Source of the DNA: Pseudomonadota bacterium
GTDB taxonomy: Bacteria > Bdellovibrionota_C > UBA2361 > OMII01
Direction: 5' to 3'
Assembly (NCBI GenBank): GCA_038134595.1
Contig: JAYPVM010000010.1
Location: 1-64,000, forward strand
Length of the DNA stretch: 64,000 nt
Below, piece by piece: positions 1 to 9,568 of the stretch. The translations under genes were made by a program, and so were the position numbers. Every line of letters starts with the position of its first letter. Within the stretch, counting starts at the first letter, position 1. Under the pieces are notes generated by a model. It had not been told where the DNA came from. It did not search any database and was given only the letters and a program-made list of their open reading frames with translations.

Positions 1-701
1 GGTGGTAACGTAATCATACTCATTGACGTTAATACCGAAGAGACCACCATATCCAGAACCAGGAACGGAAGAGCTATCAAAAATCCAATCTGAAAAGCAG
101 TATTTAACTCACTCAGAATAAATCCTGGCACCGCTACAAAAAACGGGACATCTGCTGGATCGTCTGGAAATTCCGAACGAGTAATTTGGAGAAACAACGC
201 CAGATCCTTTTCTCGGGCGTGTTGAACAAGGAAAGACTTAAGGGGAGCCGACGCTTTACGAAGTGCTTCTTCTTGCCCCATTTGTCCCTCGAGATAGGGT
301 TGCACGCCGTCGTTATAACTCTTTTGGAAAACTGGGCCCATTATTGCTACGGTAAGAAATAAGGCTAACCCTGTGATAACCATATTAGGTGGGAGAGATG
401 CAGTTCCTATTGCCGTTCTGGTCATTCCCAACACGACAGCTATTCGCGTAAAACAGGTCATACAGAGCACCATTGCTGGTGCAAATGTAAGCAGCGTCAG
501 AAGGAGCATTATCTTAATGCTACTTGAAATACCTCCATCACCTGCTAGCTGAGAACCGCCAACGGACAGCGAAAGGTCTGGCAGAACGGCCTGTTGAGAA
601 TATGCCAGAGAAAGATCAAAAAATGGGGCAACCATAGCGGCGCCCGCAATCAAAGTCCGGGTTCTACGCGCAAATAACCATCCAATACATCTACTATCCA
701 T
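1..701 (-). CDS. fliP: Flagellar export gate protein FliP (3' end runs off the window)
   Basis: Manual translation from ATG at 701 gives ...IKIMLLLTLLTFAPAMVLCMTCFTRIAVVLGMTRTAIGTASLPPNMVITGLALFLT...VLDMVVSSVLTSMSMITLP, hallmark FliP motifs; follows fliO. Missing from the ORF track because the stop lies outside the window. Confidence 0.95.
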   Translation of the reverse strand, partial: MDSRCIGWLFARRTRTLIAGAAMVAPFFDLSLAYSQQAVLPDLSLSVGGSQLAGDGGISSSIKIMLLLTLLTFAPAMVLCMTCFTRIAVVLGMTRTAIGTASLPPNMVITGLALFLTVAIMGPVFQKSYNDGVQPYLEGQMGQEEALRKASAPLKSFLVQHAREKDLALFLQITRSEFPDDPADVPFFVAVPGFILSELNTAFQIGFLIALPFLVLDMVVSSVLTSMSMITLP

Positions 702-1155
702 GCTGCACCTCAGATGCACCATACGCATCTTCTAAAGAGTCTTCGAAGGATCCTGAGTTAAGCGAATAGGTCGGAACCACTGTTACCGAATCTCCCGAGG
801 TGGCAATCAAGAACTCACGATTGTCGACCGCAATCAACGTTGCCGACATTTTCGAGGAGATATGCAGTTTTTCGCGCAACTGAAGCCTGCGACGTTTTCC
901 TACTCGGCTAGACTGTGGCATATACCGCCGGGCAGCGTAGATACCTGCCGCAAAGAGTCCAAGACAAAGTAAAAGACCACCTATCATTCTAAACATGCCA
1001 AGAACAAATCCCTGTGGCACATCGCTGGATGTATTTTGCGCTAGACCGAGTTGATTTGTTGCAGTCAGCACTTCGCCCGCCTGCGTATCGGCCGGTAGAA
1101 GTACCATCGCCATCAGTGCTACCAAGAGCAGAATACAATAAGTCCTCGTGTTCAT
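694..1155 (-). CDS. fliO: Flagellar biosynthesis protein FliO/FliZ
   Basis: Signal-like N-terminus, one TM (MIGGLLLCLGLFAAGIYAA), then LQLREKLHISSKMSATLIAVDNREFLIATSGDSVT typical of FliO; lies between fliN and fliP. Confidence 0.8.
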   Translation of the reverse strand: MNTRTYCILLLVALMAMVLLPADTQAGEVLTATNQLGLAQNTSSDVPQGFVLGMFRMIGGLLLCLGLFAAGIYAARRYMPQSSRVGKRRRLQLREKLHISSKMSATLIAVDNREFLIATSGDSVTVVPTYSLNSGSFEDSLEDAYGASEVQHG

Positions 1156-1160
1156 GACGG

Positions 1161-1535
1161 CTATCCCTCTAACCCTTCGATACGATCTTCTGGAGACACG
1201 ATATCAGTTAAACGCACACCGAACTTATCGTTTACAATCACCGCTTCACCGCGTGCGACCGCTTTTCCGTTGATGTAGATATCAAGCGGTTCTCCCGCTA
1301 ATTTTTCAAGCTCTATTACTGAACCCTGTCCCAGTTGCAGCAGATCCTGAATAGTCATCCGAGTTCGTCCCACTTCCACAGTCACCTGAAGTGCTACATC
1401 GAGAATGAACTCCAAAGTCCTACCCACTTGCCGCTTTGGCGTCTGCTGATTAGCGGTCGCAGCGGACGCCGCCTCCACTCCTTCTGCAGCTTGAGCAACT
1501 CCTTTAAGACCCTGCTCTATTTCAGTATCGTTCAT
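1161..1535 (-). CDS. fliN: Flagellar motor switch protein FliN
   Basis: SpoA domain [47 protein letters not shown]...[17 protein letters not shown]. Confidence 0.97.
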   Translation of the reverse strand: MNDTEIEQGLKGVAQAAEGVEAASAATANQQTPKRQVGRTLEFILDVALQVTVEVGRTRMTIQDLLQLGQGSVIELEKLAGEPLDIYINGKAVARGEAVIVNDKFGVRLTDIVSPEDRIEGLEG

Positions 1536-2545
1536 AACACGTCCTCTCTGTTTCGAATGTTAATCAAATCGTTTCTTGGAATATCTCGCGAAATCCTAAC
1601 TGCTCTTGCACCACGAATACTTCCTATACTCCCGTAGAACTTAGGAGCTCCTTCCACCAATACTCGGGCCTCCTCGCTCGGATTTGTATCGAGTGTCAAA
1701 ACATCCCCTTTACTGAGCGCCAATAGTTCCTTTGTCTTCAGAGAACCCCGCGCTAACTGCACGCTTACAGAACACATAGTTTGCAATACATTTGCCCGCA
1801 TCCGCTCTAACAGCATTCCATCAACCTCTAGACGCGTGCTCTGAATGCTCGTTGAAAGTTTTGCTCGTAAAGGTTCAAGGGTTGAATATGGAATACACAT
1901 CGTAAGAGTCGTGCACTCCTGCTCGAGTTCGATCTCAATATTGACTACAATTACGACGTCAGATGGGGGTGCAATCGTTACGGCAAAAGGGTTTACCTCT
2001 GCTCGCAGATATTCGAAATCAATCGGCGCAACTGGGCCCCAAGCCTCCTTTAGGACCTCAAGAGCAATTTTAACAACCTTTCCGATCAACCGACTCTCAA
2101 TAGGCGTGTACTCACGCCCCTCTACCTTAACTCGTCCCTGTCCACGCCCTCCGAAAAGTCCATCAATCACGCCAAAAACTAATGGAGCAGAGACAACAAT
2201 GAGCGCCTGTCCACTCAAGGGGCTCATTTTTACGATGTGGAGAGAAGACGGTAACGGTAATTTCTTCATGAAGGAACCAAACTTCACCATTTCGAAGCCG
2301 CCCACATTCGTAAAACAGGTTCTACCAATAAATCGAGAAAGGCCTGTTCGAAACTGCCGGGCGAAGCGCTCATGAATTAGTTCAAGAGTAGGCATTCTGC
2401 CGCGAATAATCCGCTCTTGGCTAGCAAGGTCAAATTTCTTGACATTCTGCTGACTCGTAGCCTCTACGCTCCCATCCTCGATATCTCCTTCAGAGAGCCC
2501 TTTAAGGAGGGTATTTATCTCTTCTTGACTTAAAACCTGATTCAT
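1532..2545 (-). CDS. fliM: Flagellar motor switch protein FliM
   Basis: N-terminal CheY-binding [10 protein letters not shown] motif, [20 protein letters not shown]-terminal SpoA domain. Confidence 0.97.
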   Translation of the reverse strand: MNQVLSQEEINTLLKGLSEGDIEDGSVEATSQQNVKKFDLASQERIIRGRMPTLELIHERFARQFRTGLSRFIGRTCFTNVGGFEMVKFGSFMKKLPLPSSLHIVKMSPLSGQALIVVSAPLVFGVIDGLFGGRGQGRVKVEGREYTPIESRLIGKVVKIALEVLKEAWGPVAPIDFEYLRAEVNPFAVTIAPPSDVVIVVNIEIELEQECTTLTMCIPYSTLEPLRAKLSTSIQSTRLEVDGMLLERMRANVLQTMCSVSVQLARGSLKTKELLALSKGDVLTLDTNPSEEARVLVEGAPKFYGSIGSIRGARAVRISRDIPRNDLINIRNREDVL

Positions 2546-2552
2546 TTTGCCT

Positions 2553-3116
2553 CTACTGAATTACAAACTGAGTAAAGAAAACATTGCGTACAACCTCTCC
2601 CCTCATCTCTCCATCGATAGTCTTACGGATCTCCTCCTTTAACCTTTTCTTACCCGATGGCAAATAAAGCTCTTCGGCACTTTGCTCCGTTAGATGTGTA
2701 AGTATTGAATCCCGTATTGCCACTAACTTATAATTAAGTCGCGATGGAACATCTGGAGTAGTAAACTCTATTTGGACTTGAAGTCGGATGTATTTCCCAC
2801 CCACTAAATTTGCTAGAAACGTGTCAAACGGCGCTATTGCTCCCGGAGCTTCCTCCCCTTCCATCAAAGTGATTTCATCATAATCTGACTCAGCGACGAG
2901 AGAGGTATGCATCGGCTCTTCATGCTCTTCTTCGACAGGCAACACCTCTTGATCTTGAGAGATATCCTCGGGAGCGTGCGGAACCAAAAAATATCCTATG
3001 GGTGCACCAATACCAACGCACAGAAGAAATACGGCTGTCGCTAGAACATATTTGTTCCCCAAGAGCTTCTTACTCTCCTGCTCCTGAACTTCTTGATTTT
3101 CAGAATCCTCTGCCAT
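2553..3116 (-). CDS. fliL: Flagellar basal-body-associated protein FliL
   Basis: Single N-terminal TM; FLANL...YIRLQV...AIRDSIL...GKKRLKEEI...VRNVFFTQFVIQ C-terminus typical of FliL. Confidence 0.92.
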   Translation of the reverse strand: MAEDSENQEVQEQESKKLLGNKYVLATAVFLLCVGIGAPIGYFLVPHAPEDISQDQEVLPVEEEHEEPMHTSLVAESDYDEITLMEGEEAPGAIAPFDTFLANLVGGKYIRLQVQIEFTTPDVPSRLNYKLVAIRDSILTHLTEQSAEELYLPSGKKRLKEEIRKTIDGEMRGEVVRNVFFTQFVIQ

Positions 3117-3655
3117 TACACTACTTCCGTCCTTACTAGTGTGACGTCACCAATAGAGGATTGATCCACCAAACTCTCTACTGCACACGTCCCATCAAAT
3201 CCAATTTCTACCTCACGAATGCACTCAGTTGCAGATGAGATAGCAGCGTAAACATCCTGCACAACTACCGAGTCTTCAGACCTCCCCTGTAAGAATGAAC
3301 GACATAAAGAAACCTTAGCCTCAACTTTGTAAGCGTTTACTGAAGCCGAACAATCTCTCAACTTGCGGCGAACACCACTTACAAAGGTTCCATCTCTCAG
3401 AGCGGCCCGTGAAACAACGAGTGTCCCCACAGTTGTGGCACTCTGATTCTCTCCGAGAGAAGCAAGGTCGGTGCCATACGCAGCGCTGCTCTCGCTAACA
3501 CCTCTAACAGCCTGTTTATATTGACCTATATATCTCTTTGCAGATGTCTCTTGCGTCAAAACTAAGAAGAAACACACCAAGAGTGTCAAAAGATCGCCAA
3601 AGGTAATTTGCCACACAAAGGATTTAGATCGACTACGTGATAGAAAACTACGCAT
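3116..3655 (-). CDS. motB: MotB/PomB-like stator subunit with intact TM motif and short, divergent periplasmic domain
   Basis: WQITFGDLLTLLVCFFLVL matches the MotB TM motif including the essential Asp; no recognisable GHTD OmpA motif downstream. Confidence 0.75.
   Translation of the reverse strand: MRSFLSRSRSKSFVWQITFGDLLTLLVCFFLVLTQETSAKRYIGQYKQAVRGVSESSAAYGTDLASLGENQSATTVGTLVVSRAALRDGTFVSGVRRKLRDCSASVNAYKVEAKVSLCRSFLQGRSEDSVVVQDVYAAISSATECIREVEIGFDGTCAVESLVDQSSIGDVTLVRTEVV
3461..3476 (-). promoter_or_regulatory. Putative sigma54 (-24/-12) promoter inside the motB-like CDS, pointing at fliLMNOP
   Basis: Minus strand reads TGGCACCGACCTTGCT against consensus TGGCACGNNNNTTGCW, with correct GG-N10-GC spacing. 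Confidence 0.6.
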
Positions 3656-4124
3656 CTGCCCTCTCCTGCCTTTGAAGCTCCACTAGAAGCCTCGGAACTG
3701 TGCCATAATCTTCATGAAACGAGAGATATGTCGCACTCTCAGGAACGTTAGAAAAGAATTCGTGTAGCCTTACAAGGTACTGCAACGCACGCTGGGGCTC
3801 TATTCGGTGTTGTCCATACTTTTCTTGTGGCATCAAAAGATTAAGAGAGACGGAAACATCATGATTCTTCACAACATGTCGTACGGCTTCAAGATATGCC
3901 TTGGCATCTGTCGAGAGTTCTCCCTCTACAAATGGATCATCGAGAAGCTTCATCGAACCAACAATCGCCAATTCAGATGAAACATCAGCTACGGCTCCTG
4001 AATGCGCCGTCCGTCTCACTCCCATCACAGTGAAAACAAGAACAATTAGTAACAGTGAGACATACTGGCCCTGAAAAATTGCCCACGGACTCATCTCTCT
4101 CGTTGATTGATCTTGTTGCCTCAT
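3648..4124 (-). CDS. Degenerate MotB-like membrane protein (no conserved Asp; eroded OmpA-like domain)
   Basis: Position between motA and motB; PWAIFQGQYVSLLLIVLVFTVM TM segment; LLDDPFVEGELSTDAKAYLEAVRHVVKN resembles the start of an OmpA/MotB domain. Confidence 0.5.
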   Translation of the reverse strand: MRQQDQSTREMSPWAIFQGQYVSLLLIVLVFTVMGVRRTAHSGAVADVSSELAIVGSMKLLDDPFVEGELSTDAKAYLEAVRHVVKNHDVSVSLNLLMPQEKYGQHRIEPQRALQYLVRLHEFFSNVPESATYLSFHEDYGTVPRLLVELQRQERADA

Positions 4125-4129
4125 AGCGA

Positions 4130-4966
4130 CTACTCTCCTGAAGCAATCTGTGAGAAGCTTTGCATTCTTTGCTCAAGCACCTGAGGATTCTCAAGCCTCG
4201 TGATACTCAATAGACCCTCAAGAGTTGTCCGCTTTATCATCACATCTTTTTGGAGGCAGTTTTTTAAACGTCCAGCAAGCGGAAACAGAAAGACATTTGC
4301 CAACACGGATCCATAGAGCGTTGACACCAATGCGAGTGCCATAGCCGGCCCCACAGCATCGGGAGTCTGCAACATACTGAGCATCTCAATAAGTCCAATA
4401 ATTGTTCCAATAAGTCCCATAGCAGGAGCAAAGCTCGCCATACTCTCAAGCGTATGAATAGCCTGTATCGTCTGCGCTTCTTTAATTTCAATCTCATTAG
4501 AGAGTATTTTTCGAATATCCTCGTACTGGTATCCATCGACGACAGCAGTTAATCCAAGCCTTAGAAACCTATCACTTACCTTCCATGAGACGTCCTCTAG
4601 CGCCAGAATTCCGGACTCTTGCACTCTTCGGGAAAATGAGAGCATCAAACGAACCCTATCTCCTACGTCTTCACTGGTGTATTCCGTCGTTCGCCTCAGA
4701 ACTGTAATTACATCAACAAGATCTCTCCAAGAACACTGCACAAGAGCACTTATGAGCGTTCCACCGATCACAACTCCAATACCTTGAACGTTAAGATACG
4801 TTTGGGAAGACCCACTCACACCAACAAGAAACAGCAAGACCGCTATCAGTATAAGACTAGCAACTCCAACTCCCACCCCATACCGAGGTGGACTATCCTG
4901 CTCAAAGTCTGAAAAAAGAGCTTCTGCTCGAGGTTGCAATATATACCGTTGATTTGGATTGTGCAT
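4130..4966 (-). CDS. motA: Flagellar stator protein MotA/PomA family
   Basis: GIGVVIGGT, GILALE, FLRLGLTAVVDG, FAPAMGLIGTIIGLIEML, GPAMALALVSTLYG motifs. Confidence 0.92.
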   Translation of the reverse strand: MHNPNQRYILQPRAEALFSDFEQDSPPRYGVGVGVASLILIAVLLFLVGVSGSSQTYLNVQGIGVVIGGTLISALVQCSWRDLVDVITVLRRTTEYTSEDVGDRVRLMLSFSRRVQESGILALEDVSWKVSDRFLRLGLTAVVDGYQYEDIRKILSNEIEIKEAQTIQAIHTLESMASFAPAMGLIGTIIGLIEMLSMLQTPDAVGPAMALALVSTLYGSVLANVFLFPLAGRLKNCLQKDVMIKRTTLEGLLSITRLENPQVLEQRMQSFSQIASGE

Positions 4967-5380
4967 AATAAAACCAAGTAGTTAGGCCGCTCTATCCGCA
5001 AGAGAATAGTGTAGTGTTCAACTTCTAGAGAAAATCAAGCTAGAAATCTTTCCTCCACTCTCTCTGCACTCTATTCTCCATTAGATGCGACAGTTTCCTG
5101 ACAGGTCGCAAAAGTGTGCTGAATTGAGTGTCAAAATAAGGTACACCCCTCATTTGGTTCAACATCGGGGAAAAAACGATCTCGGCCAAACACTTAGAAC
5201 GGACAGGCCTCCCCTGTTGGTTGTCTTGATACGTAAGAAATATCAACGTCAGTAGTTGCGAGCGCTTCCAAGCTTATCAGCTAGGAGATTATGAAACCGG
5301 GACGACGAAAAGACCTGATTGGGAACAAAGACAGTAACAATGTCGGCGTTTTTTAGGAGTACGTAACAACTTACACGCTA

Positions 5381-5959
5381 TCAGCCACCCTGTCTCACAT
5401 ACACAAGCTCCATCAACAGCTGATTTGATGGAGACTTTACAAAGAGGACAAATGAGTCATTTCCAGTAAAGACAAGCTTTGAATGGACTCGCTCCACGAG
5501 CCCATTAACAGGGTTATAAATCGATCCTACAAAAAGCAACGTATCAGTTGCAGCATCAAAGCGGCCCTTACTATTCATCATACCGGTATTGAGAGAATCT
5601 ATCCATGTGGCTTCGTATAAACCCGCTGCATTGTTAAATCCGATAGTATTTCTGCCTTCATATGGAGCAGATCCCAAAACACCTTCAAAGTCCTCTACAA
5701 CGTACCGCCCGCCGAATATCATCTTTATTCGTGAATGTCCGGCCGAAGAGTCCTGCCCCCCTTTTATCGTTACGGCCCAATCTCCTCTGAGTCTCTCTAG
5801 TACGTGATGCCCAGAACTGGGCTTCCCAAGTGCAAGCAAACTATCAGCACTCGCAATCCGCCTCCTCACCTCTCTGCCTGCATCTCCGTTTCGAGGCGCA
5901 CACGCGAAAAGATTAAGAGAGATAATCACGAGAAAATTAGAAAGAAAAGGTTTTCTCAT
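5381..5959 (-). CDS. DUF1579-family putative lipoprotein
   Basis: Likely start ATG 5959 (MRKPFLSNFLVIISLNLFAC lipobox); GKPSSGHHVLERLRGDW...MIFGGRYV...YEGRNTIGFNNAAGLYEATWIDS typical of DUF1579. TTGACA-N17-TGTAGT at 6024-5996 supports this start over 6100. Confidence 0.7.
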   Translation of the reverse strand: MRKPFLSNFLVIISLNLFACAPRNGDAGREVRRRIASADSLLALGKPSSGHHVLERLRGDWAVTIKGGQDSSAGHSRIKMIFGGRYVVEDFEGVLGSAPYEGRNTIGFNNAAGLYEATWIDSLNTGMMNSKGRFDAATDTLLFVGSIYNPVNGLVERVHSKLVFTGNDSFVLFVKSPSNQLLMELVYVRQGG

Positions 5960-6194
5960 TAGACAAGCAAGCGCATAGTGTATCTTCATATGAGAACTAC
6001 ATATCGGGAGGAATTCTCTGTCAAGGGACTTCGAGAGTGGATTCACCTGCCTTGAAACAAAAAGCACCATTAAGATCTGAATATTCTTCACATACAACAT
6101 GCACCCCAGTCATGGCGTAGCATTAACTAGTCGTATGAAAAACACGATAAGCAAAGCAATCCAAGCGCTGTAGGCATTCTCAGCTCAATCCTGC

Positions 6195-7085
6195 CTACTC
6201 CGAAACACGCCGCCCCCAGGTATCATAGGTACGTAATTCAACGTCTCTGGATAGAGGATCTTTAATAGTTACAGAAACTAGCGAGCGTGGTTTAAAACTT
6301 TCCACCGCATCTTCGACAACAGCAGATACAGGGCGGTCTCCACCGAGGGGTTTCTTGTCACCAAGCCCCCGCAATCCGAGCGTTATCTCTCCGTGTAAAC
6401 TTGCAAGCATGACTCTAACCGCATCGTTACTATTTAACAGAAGCGTCACTGTCATAAACTTGTCGTTTAAATCTTTTTTCTCTGGTGTCCACTCTGTAGC
6501 CCTATTCGCAGCTAGTATCTTAACCGGACCTGCTAGAACGGCAGCTGCTTCTTGTCCAAATGCAGACGTAAGCCAAATAACATCGACATCTGTTCCTGGC
6601 TGCGCCCATCCGTCTACGTTATCGAGTAACGGTCGCTGAACCTGCAACGCAACGGCCCGATATCCAGGTGGCAGCATCGCCGTTAGGACGTGAATTGGCT
6701 GCCGGTTAGTTAACGCCGCCTTCAGTATTGGTTGTCCCGAGACGAGAACAGACTTAGCATACTGCCCCTTCAAATCCTCGAAGGAGCGTATCATGTCACC
6801 TGTAACTTTGTTATAAGCTTTCAATTGTTTTCGAAACATCGGAGGCTGAAACCCAGTCCCGACAGCAAGCGTATCGATAGGCACAAGTATCTCAACGAGA
6901 TTTGCATCTATTTTTTTTACCCTTGGAGCCGTACCTGCATCGCTCGGAGCACTCAAAAAATGGATCGCACCGCCGACTGATACCAAAAATATCGCTGCAC
7001 CAATTACTCCAGAAAGCAACGGTGATTGCGCCTTTGCCTTACGCCGCCGTTTCCGACTGTAAAAATTTTTTCCTCCAAGCGCCAT
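6195..7085 (-). CDS. cpaB: Flp/Tad pilus assembly protein CpaB (SAF + RcpC domains)
   Basis: N-terminal TM, SAF-like segment (GQYAKSVLVSGQPI), LPPGYRAVALQV...VDGWAQPGTDVDVIW...VKILAA...TVTLLL...GEITLGLR. Confidence 0.85.
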   Translation of the reverse strand: MALGGKNFYSRKRRRKAKAQSPLLSGVIGAAIFLVSVGGAIHFLSAPSDAGTAPRVKKIDANLVEILVPIDTLAVGTGFQPPMFRKQLKAYNKVTGDMIRSFEDLKGQYAKSVLVSGQPILKAALTNRQPIHVLTAMLPPGYRAVALQVQRPLLDNVDGWAQPGTDVDVIWLTSAFGQEAAAVLAGPVKILAANRATEWTPEKKDLNDKFMTVTLLLNSNDAVRVMLASLHGEITLGLRGLGDKKPLGGDRPVSAVVEDAVESFKPRSLVSVTIKDPLSRDVELRTYDTWGRRVSE

Positions 7086-7427
7086 GAAATACCAACCGAT
7101 TAATCTAAACCTGGTTACCTACTGCAAGTCCACCCTCTGACCAATAGCGATGCTCTGTGTGCTATCGAGTTCTCCTCACGCAAGGGAGCAAATCTCCCTC
7201 CATCTACTAAGTTAGGTCGACGGGTTGTCAAAAAAAGTTAAGTTATTTATGCCGCCCAAAGCAACGTATTTACATATACTTACAACAATAGTATCGATAA
7301 AAGTCTGCCTGTTTTTCTTGGCGACAACTAGCTCTGACAATATCTTACGATGTGTGTCTCCAATCACAGTACAAAAAACAGTAACAAACATCGAAGCTCT
7401 TCTTCCTCGAGAATACGGCGATTACTG

Positions 7428-8195
7428 CTAAGAATTACCATCGGGCCTCTGGTAATCATTGAGCATCATAACTTGACCAAGCAGCATCGAAACCGCCACC
7501 TCGACGCGTACTACCCGCTCTCCTAGACCAATTTTTGAAAATCCTGCAGATTCAAAGACCGAAACCTCCTCGCTACTCCATCCAGCTTCAGGTCCGATAG
7601 CAAGAACAAAGCGATGGCTATGACCCCTCCGCCCCCTCTCTTGAATCACAGCGTTGTTTGGTACTGCAATAAATTTACTCTCACATGAAGAAAAACTAGA
7701 GAGATGATGTTTCACAAAATAGTCAAAGTTTCGATGCACTCGTATTTCTGGATGGAGCCCCTGTCCAACCTGTTCAAGAGCCTTAATTGTCTCTTTGCGC
7801 ATCGAATCCTCCAGAAAGAGCGTAGCATCAACATAGCTTTTCTCTCCCCTAATCGTTTTGATAAAATGTAGTGATCTCACCCCCGCCATGACCGCAGCTT
7901 GGAGTACTTTCCGGCTCGTTTGTGGTCTGGACAATCCCACTAATAGATCGATCGGCTGAAGGGCAAGCGAGGGCTCTCTCGAAAGGATTTCAATGTCGAT
8001 CCATTCCTGTGTGACGACTACGATACGAGCTTTTCCTCGACCCCCGCCCAAAAAAGCTACTGCAATTTCTTTTCCTGGACAAAGGTTCTTTGCTTGCCCT
8101 CCAAAGACTCTATAAACCGCCTCATTACAAACTCGGTATACTTCCCGGCCCCCCCGGTCCTCTATAACAAGACAATTCATAATTATATCCCTCAT
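7428..8195 (-). CDS. rsmE: 16S rRNA m3U1498 methyltransferase RsmE (SPOUT)
   Basis: LAIGPEAGWSSEE and LGERVVRVEVA SPOUT motifs. Confidence 0.88.
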   Translation of the reverse strand: MRDIIMNCLVIEDRGGREVYRVCNEAVYRVFGGQAKNLCPGKEIAVAFLGGGRGKARIVVVTQEWIDIEILSREPSLALQPIDLLVGLSRPQTSRKVLQAAVMAGVRSLHFIKTIRGEKSYVDATLFLEDSMRKETIKALEQVGQGLHPEIRVHRNFDYFVKHHLSSFSSCESKFIAVPNNAVIQERGRRGHSHRFVLAIGPEAGWSSEEVSVFESAGFSKIGLGERVVRVEVAVSMLLGQVMMLNDYQRPDGNS

Positions 8196-8499
8196 CTCTT
8201 TGAGACAATTAAAGCATCAAATCCCAAACAATCATTTTTAAATTCCGCTTTAAAGGCTCTTTATGCCATAGAGTCAATACGTTACGATTATATATAACAA
8301 ACTATCACGCCTACTATAAGTAGGGTCGCACAGAAAAACCTAGAAGAGTCGTTTATGTACGAGATACTTCACGGTTTTAGCAATCCTGTTGTATCGGCGA
8401 TACAGAGGGTCAGAGCCCGTCCGACATTGCACACATTACCTATCTGTATGAACGGTTTTACGATAAAAATAGATACACTTCTCACCTAAGGTTTAAGTC

Positions 8500-9339
8500 A
8501 TGGCTAAGAAAATGATTGTAGAAAACTCAACGATTGCGACAAAACTCTGGGAGTGCCGCAAAAGATTTCATTCCGCCTATCCCAATCCCGACACCGTAGA
8601 ATCGTTCTTATCTGCTACCCTCACAGCCTTATTTCCTCACTTCACCTATCAAGGTGTTGACGATGCGGACTCTTTGCTCGATCTCCTAGGAACAATCGCG
8701 TCACTTACATCTACCATGTTCGACACACTCCAAGAACTACCGTCAAACCCAAACATCATCATAACCGATTTTATCGATTTTCTACCCACACTCCATGACA
8801 CCCTCCTAGAAGATGCGCATGCCATTTGCGCAGGCGATCCGGCTTCGGCAAGTTTGGATGAGGTAATCCTGACATATCCTGGGTTTTTCGCCATCTCGGT
8901 ATATCGAATTGCCCACTGGTTCGATCAGCGAAATATTCCCCTAATTCCTCGCCTTCTGACCGAAATCGCACACTCTAAAACGGGAATCGACATTCATCCA
9001 GCCGCAACTATTGGATCTCCATTTGTGATCGATCACGGAACAGGAATAGTAATAGGTGAATCGACTGAGATAAAGAAAAACGTCAAACTGTACCAAGGTG
9101 TTACACTTGGCGCGCTTAGTGTTAGCAAGGATCTTCGTGATACTAAGCGTCATCCGACGATCGAAGAAAATGTGGTAATTTATGCCAACGCCACAATTCT
9201 AGGTGGCGAAACGAAAATAGGAGCAAATTCAATTATCGGCGGAAACGTCTGGCTTATCAGTAGCGTACCCCCCTTTTCGCGGGTCTATCTCGAAAGAGAG
9301 AAAGGTGGACAAACGACAAGTACCAAGACGTCAAACTAG
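8500..9339 (+). CDS. cysE: Serine O-acetyltransferase (CysE/EpsC type)
   Basis: GDPASASLDEVILTYPG, TGIDIHPAATIG, IDHGTGIVIGE, YQGVTLGA, KRHPTI hexapeptide motifs. Confidence 0.95.
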   Translation: MAKKMIVENSTIATKLWECRKRFHSAYPNPDTVESFLSATLTALFPHFTYQGVDDADSLLDLLGTIASLTSTMFDTLQELPSNPNIIITDFIDFLPTLHDTLLEDAHAICAGDPASASLDEVILTYPGFFAISVYRIAHWFDQRNIPLIPRLLTEIAHSKTGIDIHPAATIGSPFVIDHGTGIVIGESTEIKKNVKLYQGVTLGALSVSKDLRDTKRHPTIEENVVIYANATILGGETKIGANSIIGGNVWLISSVPPFSRVYLEREKGGQTTSTKTSN

Positions 9340-9503
9340 GTAGCCACAAAAACGCCCGGCGATACTTGAGTGTCCTTGAAAGGCAGGAAATATACACTAG
9401 CTCTCTTTCTCCTTCCCACCACGCCACTCATAATGTGCAATGAAATCAATTTAGTAAGAACTAATTTGCCTCTTTCCTTCCCGAATATTATTTTGTCCAC
9501 TGT

Positions 9504-9533
9504 TTGACTTTATGCTGTAGCTATTGCTAAGGT
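9504..9533 (+). promoter_or_regulatory. Putative sigma70 promoter for the 9569 ORF
   Basis: TTGACT-N18-TAAGGT with TG at the extended -10 position; GGAGG RBS just before ATG 9569. Confidence 0.35.
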
Positions 9534-9568
9534 AAAAAAGAGCACTAGGACACGAATATGGAGGCTAC

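Noticed and set aside
5086..5144. Sigma54 promoter or activator palindromes upstream of motA
   Set aside because: The best candidate (CAGCACACTTTTGC, minus strand) lacks the GG and has wrong spacing; the TGTCA half-sites are too degenerate to support.
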